Below, piece after piece: positions 53,961 through 62,316 of a stretch of 64,000 bases of DNA (positions within the stretch are counted from its first letter, which is position 1; the number at the start of each line of letters is the position of its first letter). The stretch lies in assembly GCA_965202625.1 (NCBI GenBank), contig CBDBBI010000010.1, positions 1,902,468 through 1,966,467 on the forward strand. The letters run 5' to 3'. The stretch comes from a bacterium. Its GTDB lineage: Bacteria > UBA8248. The notes beneath the pieces were generated by a model. It ran no database searches. It saw nothing but the letters and a program-made list of their open reading frames with translations, and was not told the DNA's origin. Both the position numbers and the translations under genes were made by a program.

Positions 53961-55439
53961 GTGAACAAACTCTCGGGGGCTTTTTTTCTGTTGCTCGCCC
54001 TGATGGTCGGATGCGCTGCGCCCCATCGGGCGGCGCAACCCCCTCTGGCGGCGCAGGTCTCGTGCAGAGCGTGGAACACTAAGAGGTTCTTCATGCGCGC
54101 CCGCGTCGCGGACGTTTCCCGTTGTCTTGCGGCCGGAGCGGACGTGAACGCACGGACCAAGAACGGAGCGACCCCCTTGCACGTGGCGGCGCATTTCAGC
54201 AAAAAGCCCGGCGTCGTGGCGACGCTCGCGAGAGCCGGAGCAGACGTGAACGCACGGGCTAAGCTCGGAGCGACGCCACTGCACTGGGCAGCGGCGCAAA
54301 GCAAAACGCCCGATGTCGTAGCGGCGCTCGTCAGAGCCGGAGCGAGGGTGAACGCGCGGATCAAGATCGGATTGACGCCCCTCCATGTGGCGGCGCAGTT
54401 CAGCCAAACGCCTGGGGTTGTGGCGGCGCTCGTAAAGGCCGGAGCGAACCCGGCGGTAAAAGACAAAACAGGCAAAACGCCGTGGGATTACGCGAAACAA
54501 AACGTCGCGCTCAAGGGAACGGAAGTCTATCGGCGGCTGAGCGAGGGATGGACGCCCCAGCATAGGGCGGCGGCGAACAGCAACACGCCCCGTGTCGTAG
54601 CGGCGCAGGTCTCGTGCAGAGCATGGAACACTTCGAGGTTCTTCATACGCGCCCGCGTCGTGGACGTTTCCCGTTGTCTTGCGACCGGAGCAGACGTGAA
54701 CGCACGGGACAAGGACGGATTGACACCCCTGCACCGATTGACGCCCCTGCACCGGGCGGGGGCGTACAGCAAGGCGCCCGGTATCGTGGCGGCGCTCGCG
54801 AGGGCCGGAGCAGACCTGAACGCACGGGACAAGAACGGAGCGACGCCACTGCACTGGGCAGCGGCGCGAAGCAAGACGCCCGGTGTCGTGGCAGCGCTCG
54901 TGAAGGCTGGAGCGGACGTGAACGCGCGGAATGAGTACGGATCGACGCCACTGCACTCGGCGGCGAAGCACAGCAAGACGCCCGGTATCGTGGCAGCGCT
55001 CCTGAAAGCCGGCGCGGACGTGAACGCGCGGAATCCTAAGTATGAATGGACGCCCCTGCACTCGGCGGCGCAGTTCAGCCAAACGCCGGGTGTCGTGGCG
55101 GTGCTCGTGAACGCCGGAGCGAACGTGAACGCGCGAAACAAGAAAGGAACGACACCACTGCACGCGGCGGCACTGGACAGTAAGACGCCCGAAGTCGTGG
55201 CGGCGCTCGTAAAGGCCGGAGCGGACGCGGACGCGCGGGATGAGAACGGAGTGACGCCCCTGCACTTCGCGGCGGCGCAAAGCAAGACGCCCGGTGTCGT
55301 GGCAGCTTTGATGGATGCCGGCGCGGATCCGGCGGCAAAAACCCAAGAAGGCAAAACGCCGTGGGATTACGCGAAAGAAAACGACGCGCTCAAGGGAGGG
55401 GACGCCTATTGGCGGCTGAACGAGGGGCGATTCAAATAA
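53961..55439 (+). CDS. ankyrin-repeat lipoprotein (about 12 ANK repeats, internally duplicated)
   Basis: GTG start after RBS 'agaggag'. Lipobox 'LLALMVGCAAP'. Repeated 33-aa units 'GATPLHWAAAQSKTPGVVAALVKAGADVNAR'. The module 'AAQVSCRAWNT.RFF.RARV.DVSRCLA' occurs twice. Confidence 0.85.
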   Translation: MNKLSGAFFLLLALMVGCAAPHRAAQPPLAAQVSCRAWNTKRFFMRARVADVSRCLAAGADVNARTKNGATPLHVAAHFSKKPGVVATLARAGADVNARAKLGATPLHWAAAQSKTPDVVAALVRAGARVNARIKIGLTPLHVAAQFSQTPGVVAALVKAGANPAVKDKTGKTPWDYAKQNVALKGTEVYRRLSEGWTPQHRAAANSNTPRVVAAQVSCRAWNTSRFFIRARVVDVSRCLATGADVNARDKDGLTPLHRLTPLHRAGAYSKAPGIVAALARAGADLNARDKNGATPLHWAAARSKTPGVVAALVKAGADVNARNEYGSTPLHSAAKHSKTPGIVAALLKAGADVNARNPKYEWTPLHSAAQFSQTPGVVAVLVNAGANVNARNKKGTTPLHAAALDSKTPEVVAALVKAGADADARDENGVTPLHFAAAQSKTPGVVAALMDAGADPAAKTQEGKTPWDYAKENDALKGGDAYWRLNEGRFK

Positions 55440-55544
55440 AGCGCGTCTTGCTTGAGAGGAGGGCGGCGCAGACGCCTTTGCGAATGCGATTTCTCGCCCG
55501 TCGGAGACGATGCTTTGACGTTGCAACAAAAGAGGAGTGAAAAG

Positions 55545-56342
55545 ATGAAGAAACTCTCGGGGGTGTTTTTTCTGTTGCTTGCCCTGATGGTCGGCTGTCC
55601 TGCGCCCGCTCTGGCCGCGCAGGTCGCGTGCGGAGAATGGAACACTGTGGCGTTCTTCGAGCGCGCCCGTGGGGCGGACGTTTCCCGCTGTATTGCAGCC
55701 GGCGCGGACCTGAACGCGCGGGAGACCAGGTATGGAGCGACGCCCTTGCATATGGCGGCGGTGCTCAGCAAAACGCCCGGCGTCGTGGCGGCGCTCCTGA
55801 AGGCCGGAGCGGACGTGAACGCACGGGCCCAGGACGGAGCGACGCCACTGCACATGGCGGCCGTGCTAAGCAAAACGCCCGGTGCCGCCGTGGCGGCTCT
55901 CGCAAGAGCCGGCGCGGACCTGAACGCGCGGGAGACCAGGTACGGAGCGACGCCCCTGCACTGGGCGGCGGTGCGCAGCAAAACGCCCGGTGCCGCCGTG
56001 GCGGCGCTCCTGAAGGCCGGAGCGGACGTGAACGCGCGGGATAAGACCGGAGGGACGCCACTGCACATCGCGGCGGTGCGCAGCAAAACGCCCGGTGTCA
56101 TAGCGGTGCTCCTGAAAGCCGGAGCGGACGTGAACGCGCGGGACAAGCGCGGATGGACGCCACTGCACATCGCGGCGGTGCGCAGCAAAACGCCCGGTGC
56201 CGTGGAGACTTTACTGGACGCCGGGGCAAACCCGGCGGCAAAAAACAAAACAGGCCAAACGCCTTGGGATTACGCGCAAGAAAACGACGCGCTCAAGGGA
56301 GGGGACGCCTATTCGCGGCTGAAAGAGGGGCGGTTCAAATAA
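55545..56342 (+). CDS. ankyrin-repeat lipoprotein (about 6 ANK repeats), tandem paralog
   Basis: ATG at 55545 verified. Lipobox 'LLALMVGCPAP'. Same 33-aa repeat units and the same C-terminal 'TPWDYA.ENDALKGGDAY.RL.EGRFK' as the upstream gene. Confidence 0.85.
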   Translation: MKKLSGVFFLLLALMVGCPAPALAAQVACGEWNTVAFFERARGADVSRCIAAGADLNARETRYGATPLHMAAVLSKTPGVVAALLKAGADVNARAQDGATPLHMAAVLSKTPGAAVAALARAGADLNARETRYGATPLHWAAVRSKTPGAAVAALLKAGADVNARDKTGGTPLHIAAVRSKTPGVIAVLLKAGADVNARDKRGWTPLHIAAVRSKTPGAVETLLDAGANPAAKNKTGQTPWDYAQENDALKGGDAYSRLKEGRFK

Positions 56343-56530
56343 AGCGCGCCTTGAAAGGGGAGCACCGCAGACGCCTTTGCGAATACCCCCTGAAAATGAC
56401 CTTTTTTCGGGGCGTAAACGGCCGTGAAAGGGTCTTGAAAAAGCCGCTCAAAGCAGGGCGTCGAGCGTGATGGCGGCGAGAGCGCCCGCGTCCGTCCATC
56501 GCTCCGCGCCCTCCCGGAACGCTCTCCCCC

Positions 56531-57085
56531 TTGCTTCAAGCCATGACCTCTGGCACGATTGCGCTTCGGTGGAAGCGCGACGCCGGAGGGCCGGAAAAGC
56601 CCCCTCCGGTGCCCGTAGAACAGGAAGCGGATATGGCCGAAAACCCCAGCGTCACGTTCATCTGTCCCGCATGCGGAAAAAACGAACTGCCCCTTGACGA
56701 AGCCTGCGCGCCGAACGAATCCTTCTACGTTCAACTCGCGGAGATGGACACTTGCAAGGAAGCGAAAACGGCGCGTTTCGTGTTTGGCGATGCGTTCACG
56801 GCGGGCTTCGGCGGCGTGGTGCGCGACCTGGACGAGGAGGGCAACGAGCGCGAGCGTTGGGCTCCTCCGAGGACGGTGATCGCCTATCACTTCGCGAGAA
56901 ACGACGAGCGCATCGGACACGCCCAACCCATGAACGACTTCTACCCCCAGCCCCTGTATCGCAACCTCTCAAAGGGCGGCGGCGTGGAGAACGTCTACGT
57001 CGCCATGACGTTCCTGCCGCACAACGAAGCCATGACCCCCGATATGCGGGCACAGGGAGAGGCGCTCGCCAAATCCTTGGGCTAG
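56531..57085 (+). CDS. hypothetical protein (possible start at 56633, 'MAENPSV')
   Basis: Codon-usage-consistent ORF with a CPxCG pair near the N-terminus. No recognisable family. Confidence 0.4.
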   Translation: MLQAMTSGTIALRWKRDAGGPEKPPPVPVEQEADMAENPSVTFICPACGKNELPLDEACAPNESFYVQLAEMDTCKEAKTARFVFGDAFTAGFGGVVRDLDEEGNERERWAPPRTVIAYHFARNDERIGHAQPMNDFYPQPLYRNLSKGGGVENVYVAMTFLPHNEAMTPDMRAQGEALAKSLG

Positions 57086-57369
57086 GACGGGCCCCGATCC
57101 AGGAGATAGCCGTAGATCCACGCCAGGAGCCCGAAAAAGACGAAGCCTATCGCGAACCCCCAGACGGCGCCGAGAATCGCTCCCAGAAAGGTGGGGGCGA
57201 CGCCCGGGTAGAAGTTGCCTATCATCGCCAGGATCTCCCCGCCCCAGCCGAACAGCGCGCCCAGCAAGGCATAGAGAAAAAACATGGCGGCGTAGATAAT
57301 TCCTCCGGCCAGACCAAACTTTACGGCGTCGAGTTTCATGGGCATCTCTCCGGCGGCGTGGAAATCCAT
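57082..57369 (-). CDS. small hydrophobic membrane protein (2 TM helices, Gly/aromatic-rich)
   Basis: 95 aa. 'GGIIYAAMFFLYALLGALFGWGGEILAMIGNFYPGV...'. Confidence 0.45.
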   Translation of the reverse strand: MDFHAAGEMPMKLDAVKFGLAGGIIYAAMFFLYALLGALFGWGGEILAMIGNFYPGVAPTFLGAILGAVWGFAIGFVFFGLLAWIYGYLLDRGPS

Positions 57370-57503
57370 TCTCTCATGCGCTATTGAATATAGGTTTGAG
57401 GGCGCATTCGCGCAAAATTGCCCGTGAATCCCCGAAAAATGGGAAAGGGGGTTTTTGCGTCAAATGGGACTGCCCACCCATCCCCAGACAGGAGATCGGC
57501 TTG

Positions 57504-57881
57504 ATGAGCGAGGAATCACGCTTCGAGAAAGGAATGAAAAACCGCGCGAAGGTGTTTGGCGTCGAAGGCGAGGAGAGGCGCAAGGCGTTCGCGGCGGCGA
57601 GTCCCGCATTCGCCCGCTTCGTCACGGAGAACATATACGGCGAGCTCTATGAGCGAGAGGGCATGGACCCCAAAACCAGGGAGACCGTGATCCTCTCCAT
57701 CCTGTGCGCCCTCGGACGGGACAAGGAGTTCGAGCACCACGCCAAGGCGGCGCTGAACATCGGCATGAGCAAGGAGGACGTTCAGGAGATCATCATGGTG
57801 TGCGCACTCTACGCGGGCGCTCCCAACGCGGTGGGGGCGACGGAAGCCTCGCTGCGCGTTTTCAGGGAACTGGGAATCTAG
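57504..57881 (+). CDS. carboxymuconolactone decarboxylase family protein
   Basis: CMD fold ('TRETVILSILCALGRDKEFEHHAKAALNIGMSKEDVQEII'). ATG at 57504 verified with RBS. Confidence 0.75.
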   Translation: MSEESRFEKGMKNRAKVFGVEGEERRKAFAAASPAFARFVTENIYGELYEREGMDPKTRETVILSILCALGRDKEFEHHAKAALNIGMSKEDVQEIIMVCALYAGAPNAVGATEASLRVFRELGI

Positions 57882-57884
57882 TCG

Positions 57885-58919
57885 TCACCCATCGGGGCCC
57901 AGGACGGCTCTGATTTTTTTGACGAGCTCCGTCGTGAGGCGCCGCGCCGCCTCGTCAAGGGGCGCCCTCAAGCGCGCGCCGGCGGCGAAAGCGTGGCCGC
58001 CTCCTCCAAACTTCCGGGCCACGTCATGAATTTCCACGCGACCCTTCGAGCGCAGGCTCACGCGGATGCGCCCGCTTCCCAGCTCCGAGAAGAAGGCGAT
58101 GACCTCGACGGATTCTATCGAGCGGGGAACCGAAACGTATTCCTCCGTCTCGCTGCGCGACACTCCGAAACGCTCCAGCTCCTTCGCGCTGAGGGTGAAC
58201 CAGGCCAGGCGTCCCCCGCAGTCGAGCGTCATCCGGCTCATCAGCGCCCCCAACAGCTTCACGGAGCCCGCGCCGTTCGATTCCCAGAAAACCGAGTAGG
58301 CTTCTCCGGGACGCACGCCGAGCGCGACGAAGCGCGACGCCCAGTTCAGAGTGCGCCTTGAGGTGTTCGTGAAGCGAAACTGCCCCGTGTCATAGACGAT
58401 GGCGGCCATGAGCGCCCGGGCGATGAGGGGATCGACAAACCGATATCCCTCCTCGTCCAGGTAATCGGCGATCATCTCCCCCACCGCCGCGGCGCCCGGG
58501 TCGATGACGGAGGGACAATCGATGTTGTCTTCCTCTCGAATGTGATGATCAACGACGGCAAGGGGAAGGCCGCTAGCCGTCACCGGCACCTCGAGCTTGC
58601 CCAGGCGGCTGGCCTTGCCCGTGTCGACGATGAGGCATCCGTCGAAGCGATGCGCCCAGTCCTCCTGCGCGAGAAGATCCTCTCTGGATCGCGCGCGGCC
58701 CTCCGGGTCGAAGGAAGCGGCGAAGGCGGGCACGTCGCCTTCGGCGACGACCACAGCCTGCTTGCCGATCCCCCGAAGGTAGCGGCTCAGCGCGATGCTC
58801 GTGAGAAAGCCGTCCCCGTCCGGCCCCACGTGGGTGAGAAGCAAAAAGCGCTCGTGCGCGGACAAAAAATCTCTCAAGGGGCGAAAACGGCTGGAGCCGT
58901 CCTCTTTCTCCACGCTCAT
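57885..58919 (-). CDS. DHH/DHHA1-family phosphoesterase (NrnA-like oligoribonuclease/pAp phosphatase)
   Basis: 'LLTHVGPDGDG' DHH motif I, 'VVDHH' motif III, 'GGGHAFAAG' DHHA1 motif. The ATGA overlaps the upstream pncB stop. Confidence 0.8.
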   Translation of the reverse strand: MSVEKEDGSSRFRPLRDFLSAHERFLLLTHVGPDGDGFLTSIALSRYLRGIGKQAVVVAEGDVPAFAASFDPEGRARSREDLLAQEDWAHRFDGCLIVDTGKASRLGKLEVPVTASGLPLAVVDHHIREEDNIDCPSVIDPGAAAVGEMIADYLDEEGYRFVDPLIARALMAAIVYDTGQFRFTNTSRRTLNWASRFVALGVRPGEAYSVFWESNGAGSVKLLGALMSRMTLDCGGRLAWFTLSAKELERFGVSRSETEEYVSVPRSIESVEVIAFFSELGSGRIRVSLRSKGRVEIHDVARKFGGGGHAFAAGARLRAPLDEAARRLTTELVKKIRAVLGPDG

Positions 58920-60088
58920 GGAGCTCGCTCCAGACCCACGCGGTGGATTTGGCGCAAAACGTAAGCCCTGATCTCCTTCGCGGAAGTCTCCGGGCGGGCG
59001 CGCGCGCCGTTTTCCATGACGCTTGCGAGCTGCTGCTCCATCACGCCGCCGCAAGACGCGCAGTCCCCGTAGGGCCTGTCTATCGGTATGACGCGCTCAT
59101 CCCCGCAATCGCGGCAGCGCAGCAGATGCTTCGCGCCCGATTTCTTGCCGCGCTTGGCGACCGGCTCGCCATCCACCTCGACGACGTCCATCGAGAAATC
59201 CATCGTGGACGCGGAGCTGATCGAGGTGCCCACGCCGTAGCCGCCGTCCACGGCGGGGTTGATCTCCAGAATCTTCTCCTCGTCCAGCCCCCCGCTCACG
59301 AATATCTTGACGCGCGGGAATCCCGCCCGGTCGAGCTCCCAGCGCACCTCCTCCAGAATCTCAAGCAAGTTCCCCCGTCGGGAGGCTGGCGTATCGATCC
59401 GCACAGCCGAGAGACGATCGGTGAGCACCCGTGCCGCCGTCAGGGCTTCGAATTTCTCATCCCCGAACGTATCCACCAGCGCGACGCGCTCCACCTCCGG
59501 CTCGATGATCTCATCGAAAGCTTTCATCGCCGGCGCCAAGCCGCCCATGAGAACGATCAGCGCGTGGGGCATGGTGCCGGCCGCCGGAATCTCCAAAAGC
59601 GCGGCCCCCTTCACGAGCGCGACGCCGTCGCAACCGCCAACGTAGGCGGCGCGTTCGACCATCGGCGCGATGGCCGGGTGCATTCTCCGCGCGCCGAAGC
59701 TCACGAGCCGCCGGCCTTGCGCCGCTATGCGGCACCGCGCCGCCTTGGTGGCGATGCCGCTCGACTGGCACATCAGCCCCAAGACGGGGGTCTCCAGCCT
59801 GCAAAAGTCGTTGTAGATCCCCTCGATTTCCAGAACGGGCTGGAAGGGCCTGAAAACGGAACCCTCCGGCACGGCGCGAACGTTTACGGGAAACCCATCA
59901 AGGAGGCGCAGAATTTCCTCGAGACCCGCGAACACCCCCCAGCCAGAGGGAAGCGACTTGGCGGTGAATTCCGCGCGCACGCGCTTTTGGATTCCCTTGG
60001 CCTCCAGCACCTGGCGCGCACGCTCGAAATAGACGTCCGTCACCTGAGCGGAGCGAATGTCGTCAAAATTCGCGGTAAACAGATTCAA
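58916..60088 (-). CDS. pncB: nicotinate phosphoribosyltransferase (archaeal/second type, with C-terminal Cys4 ribbon)
   Basis: 'FGARRMHP', 'VGTSI' NAPRTase motifs. C-terminal 'CRDCGD...CASCGG'. Confidence 0.8.
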   Translation of the reverse strand: MNLFTANFDDIRSAQVTDVYFERARQVLEAKGIQKRVRAEFTAKSLPSGWGVFAGLEEILRLLDGFPVNVRAVPEGSVFRPFQPVLEIEGIYNDFCRLETPVLGLMCQSSGIATKAARCRIAAQGRRLVSFGARRMHPAIAPMVERAAYVGGCDGVALVKGAALLEIPAAGTMPHALIVLMGGLAPAMKAFDEIIEPEVERVALVDTFGDEKFEALTAARVLTDRLSAVRIDTPASRRGNLLEILEEVRWELDRAGFPRVKIFVSGGLDEEKILEINPAVDGGYGVGTSISSASTMDFSMDVVEVDGEPVAKRGKKSGAKHLLRCRDCGDERVIPIDRPYGDCASCGGVMEQQLASVMENGARARPETSAKEIRAYVLRQIHRVGLERAP

Positions 60089-60112
60089 CGGAGTTTCGCC
60101 AGGGAGAACCCG

Positions 60113-60661
60113 CTATTCGGCGGGCGCCGTCTCGGCCGGGGCTTCGGGACGCATGTCCGCCTCCTGGTTTCTGAGGCCAAACAGCTTGCCCCAGGGACGG
60201 GGACCGGCGTAGTTCACCTCTTTCTCCCAGACGTCGTAGAGGCGCTCTTTCTCATATACGAGGTCGTCCCGAAAGTATCCGGGCGTTTCATATTGGTGGG
60301 TGTGGACGATGGACTTGGGCGTCGTGGGACACGCCTCTGTGCAGAGCCCGCAATACATGCACCGCATGTAGTCAATGTAAAACTCTTTGGCGAACATCTC
60401 ACGGCCCTTGCCCTCCGTGACGATGGTGATGCAGTCCACGGGGCACGCCTTCTCGCAGTTCAGGCAGCCGATGCAAAGCTCCTCGCCTGTCTTGAAGTCG
60501 CGCGTGAGTCCCAGAAATCCGCGAAAGCGATCGGGCGGCTCCCAGCGTTCCGTGGGATACTGCAAGGTGACCGGCTTCTTGAACATATGGCGCAGCGTGA
60601 GGGACATGCCCTTCACGATATCCCAGAGAAAAAACTTTCTCAGTCCTCTGGTGAACTCCAT
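60113..60661 (-). CDS. NuoI-like 2x[4Fe-4S] ferredoxin
   Basis: Two 'CxxCxxCxxxCP' motifs ('CIGCLNCEKACP', 'CMYCGLCTEACP') in a NuoI/complex-I 23-kDa-like scaffold. Only 24 nt separate it from trxB. Confidence 0.75.
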   Translation of the reverse strand: MEFTRGLRKFFLWDIVKGMSLTLRHMFKKPVTLQYPTERWEPPDRFRGFLGLTRDFKTGEELCIGCLNCEKACPVDCITIVTEGKGREMFAKEFYIDYMRCMYCGLCTEACPTTPKSIVHTHQYETPGYFRDDLVYEKERLYDVWEKEVNYAGPRPWGKLFGLRNQEADMRPEAPAETAPAE

Positions 60662-60684
60662 CTCCGTCTCCTCGCCCTGAATTT

Positions 60685-61644
60685 CTAGGAGGCGGAAGCC
60701 GCCGCCTGCTTTCGGGTCTCCGCCTGCGCTTCAAGATATTTCTCGGCGGCGACCGCCGCCGTGGTCGCATCGCCCGAGGCGTTCGTGATCTGTCGAATCA
60801 ACTGGCTCCTGCAATCGCCCGCTACGAAAAGCCCCGGAACGCTCGATTCCATGTTCTGATCCGTGATGATGAAGCCGCCCTCGTCCTTCTCTACGGGGTC
60901 TTGTATCAAATCCGTGTTCGGAATGAAACCGATGAAAACGAACAGGCCCGTGGCGTCGAGCTCGCTCGTCTCGTCGGTATTCACGTTTCGAATGCGGAGC
61001 CTCTTCATCTCCTTGTCATCGCCCCCCACCTCCTCCGCCACGTGGTCGGTGATGATCTCTATCTTGGGGTTCTCCCGCGCCTTGTCCATCAAAATCGCGT
61101 GGGCGCGGAACTTATCGCGGCGGTGGACGAGATAGACCTTCGAGCCGTATTTCGTCAAAAACTGACCCTCCTCCACCGCGCTGTTCCCGCCCCCCACAAC
61201 GGTGATCACCTCGTCCTGGAAGAATGCGCCGTCGCACAGCGCGCAATAGCTGACGCCCTTGCCCGCGTATTTCTCCTCGCCCGGAATCCCGAGCTTTCTC
61301 GGATAGCCGCCGGGCGTATAAATCACCGCGCCGCAGCGGCGCTCGCCCGCGTCGGTCCGGACGATGAAGTCATCCCCGTCCTTCCGCACTTCCAAAACTT
61401 CTTCCATCTCGATTTTAAGGCCGAACTTCACGGCGTGATCCGTAAACTTGGCCGCCAGCTCCTGGCCGCCGACCAACTCGAAGCCCGGATAATCCTCCAC
61501 GTGCTCAGTGTTGAGAATCTCGCCGCCGGGCGCCAGCTTTTCATAGCAGACCACGTTCAGCTTCGAGCGAGCGGTATAAAGCCCCGCCGTCAGCCCGGCG
61601 GGCCCGGCACCAATGATGATGATTTCAAAATCGCGCTTCGGCAA
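60685..61644 (-). CDS. trxB: thioredoxin-disulfide reductase
   Basis: 'IIGAGPAG' FAD motif, redox-active 'CALCDG', NADPH motif 'VVGGGNSA'. Confidence 0.9.
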   Translation of the reverse strand: MPKRDFEIIIIGAGPAGLTAGLYTARSKLNVVCYEKLAPGGEILNTEHVEDYPGFELVGGQELAAKFTDHAVKFGLKIEMEEVLEVRKDGDDFIVRTDAGERRCGAVIYTPGGYPRKLGIPGEEKYAGKGVSYCALCDGAFFQDEVITVVGGGNSAVEEGQFLTKYGSKVYLVHRRDKFRAHAILMDKARENPKIEIITDHVAEEVGGDDKEMKRLRIRNVNTDETSELDATGLFVFIGFIPNTDLIQDPVEKDEGGFIITDQNMESSVPGLFVAGDCRSQLIRQITNASGDATTAAVAAEKYLEAQAETRKQAAASAS

Positions 61645-61954
61645 AACGAATCTCCACGCTGGAGGAAAACAGACAAAAAACGAAACCTATGCACCAGACG
61701 CAACGGACAGCCAAATTCTAGCACCCGCACCATATCATGCCAACCCCGCAGAAATTCGCCGGCCCGGTGCCGAAGCCATCGCCAAAAAGACGGGGATGGA
61801 CGGCATCCGCGCGACTTTGCGGGAGTTTCTGTTTCTCTCTGCCTCAGGCCGCCAGTGCCCAAGTCCATGCTTCTTTCGTTTGCTGGTTGCGCGGAGCAAG
61901 GCAAACCACCAGATCGCCCGTCTTCGCATCTTACGGGAACCGCATCTCCCGCCC

Positions 61955-62233
61955 TCAAATGGGGCGATCGCGCCCCTTATCGTTCACGGCGGCGATTCCC
62001 AGCAGGCTTTCGAGCCTAGCCCTATCGAAGCCGACCACTTTCTCCTCACCCACGAAAATCACGGGCGCAGCGCGCATGTTCGCCCTCTGGAACAGATCCT
62101 CAAGCGCCTCTGCGTCCTCATCCACACGCTTCTCCGTATAGGCCACGTCATGATAGGAGAGAAACTCTCTCACCGCCTTGCAGGGCGCTCACGTTGAGGA
62201 AGAGTACACCGTCACCCTTTTCGCATCCAACAT
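61955..62233 (-). CDS. glutaredoxin-like selenoprotein (UxxC redox motif, Sec encoded by in-frame TGA)
   Basis: ATG at 62233-62231 is preceded by RBS 'aggagg'. Reading through the TGA at 62191-62189 gives 'MLDAKRVTVYSSST-U-APCKAVREFL...VIFVGEEKVVGFD...', a full glutaredoxin fold with Sec where the first Cys of CxxC normally sits. Without read-through only a truncated GTG ORF (62173) remains. Confidence 0.7.
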
Positions 62234-62316
62234 CCGCACCTCCTATAAAAACGTCTGAATGCCTCCTCACCGCAACTGGGCGTGCGCCGGGCGGCCTTGC
62301 CCAGGCGAGATTTTCG

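Noticed and set aside
53535-55853. 772-aa minus-strand ORF and several 270-300-aa ORFs antisense to the ankyrin-repeat genes
   Set aside because: These are repetitive antisense frames created by the 99-nt coding repeats. The + strand frames have lipoprotein signals, RBSs and ANK consensus.
54000-56300. Periodic near-identical repeats that could be mistaken for a CRISPR array or non-coding tandem repeat
   Set aside because: Periodicity is 99 nt, in-frame, and encodes 33-aa ankyrin units within two ORFs. There are no spacer-like unique segments of CRISPR size and no cas genes.
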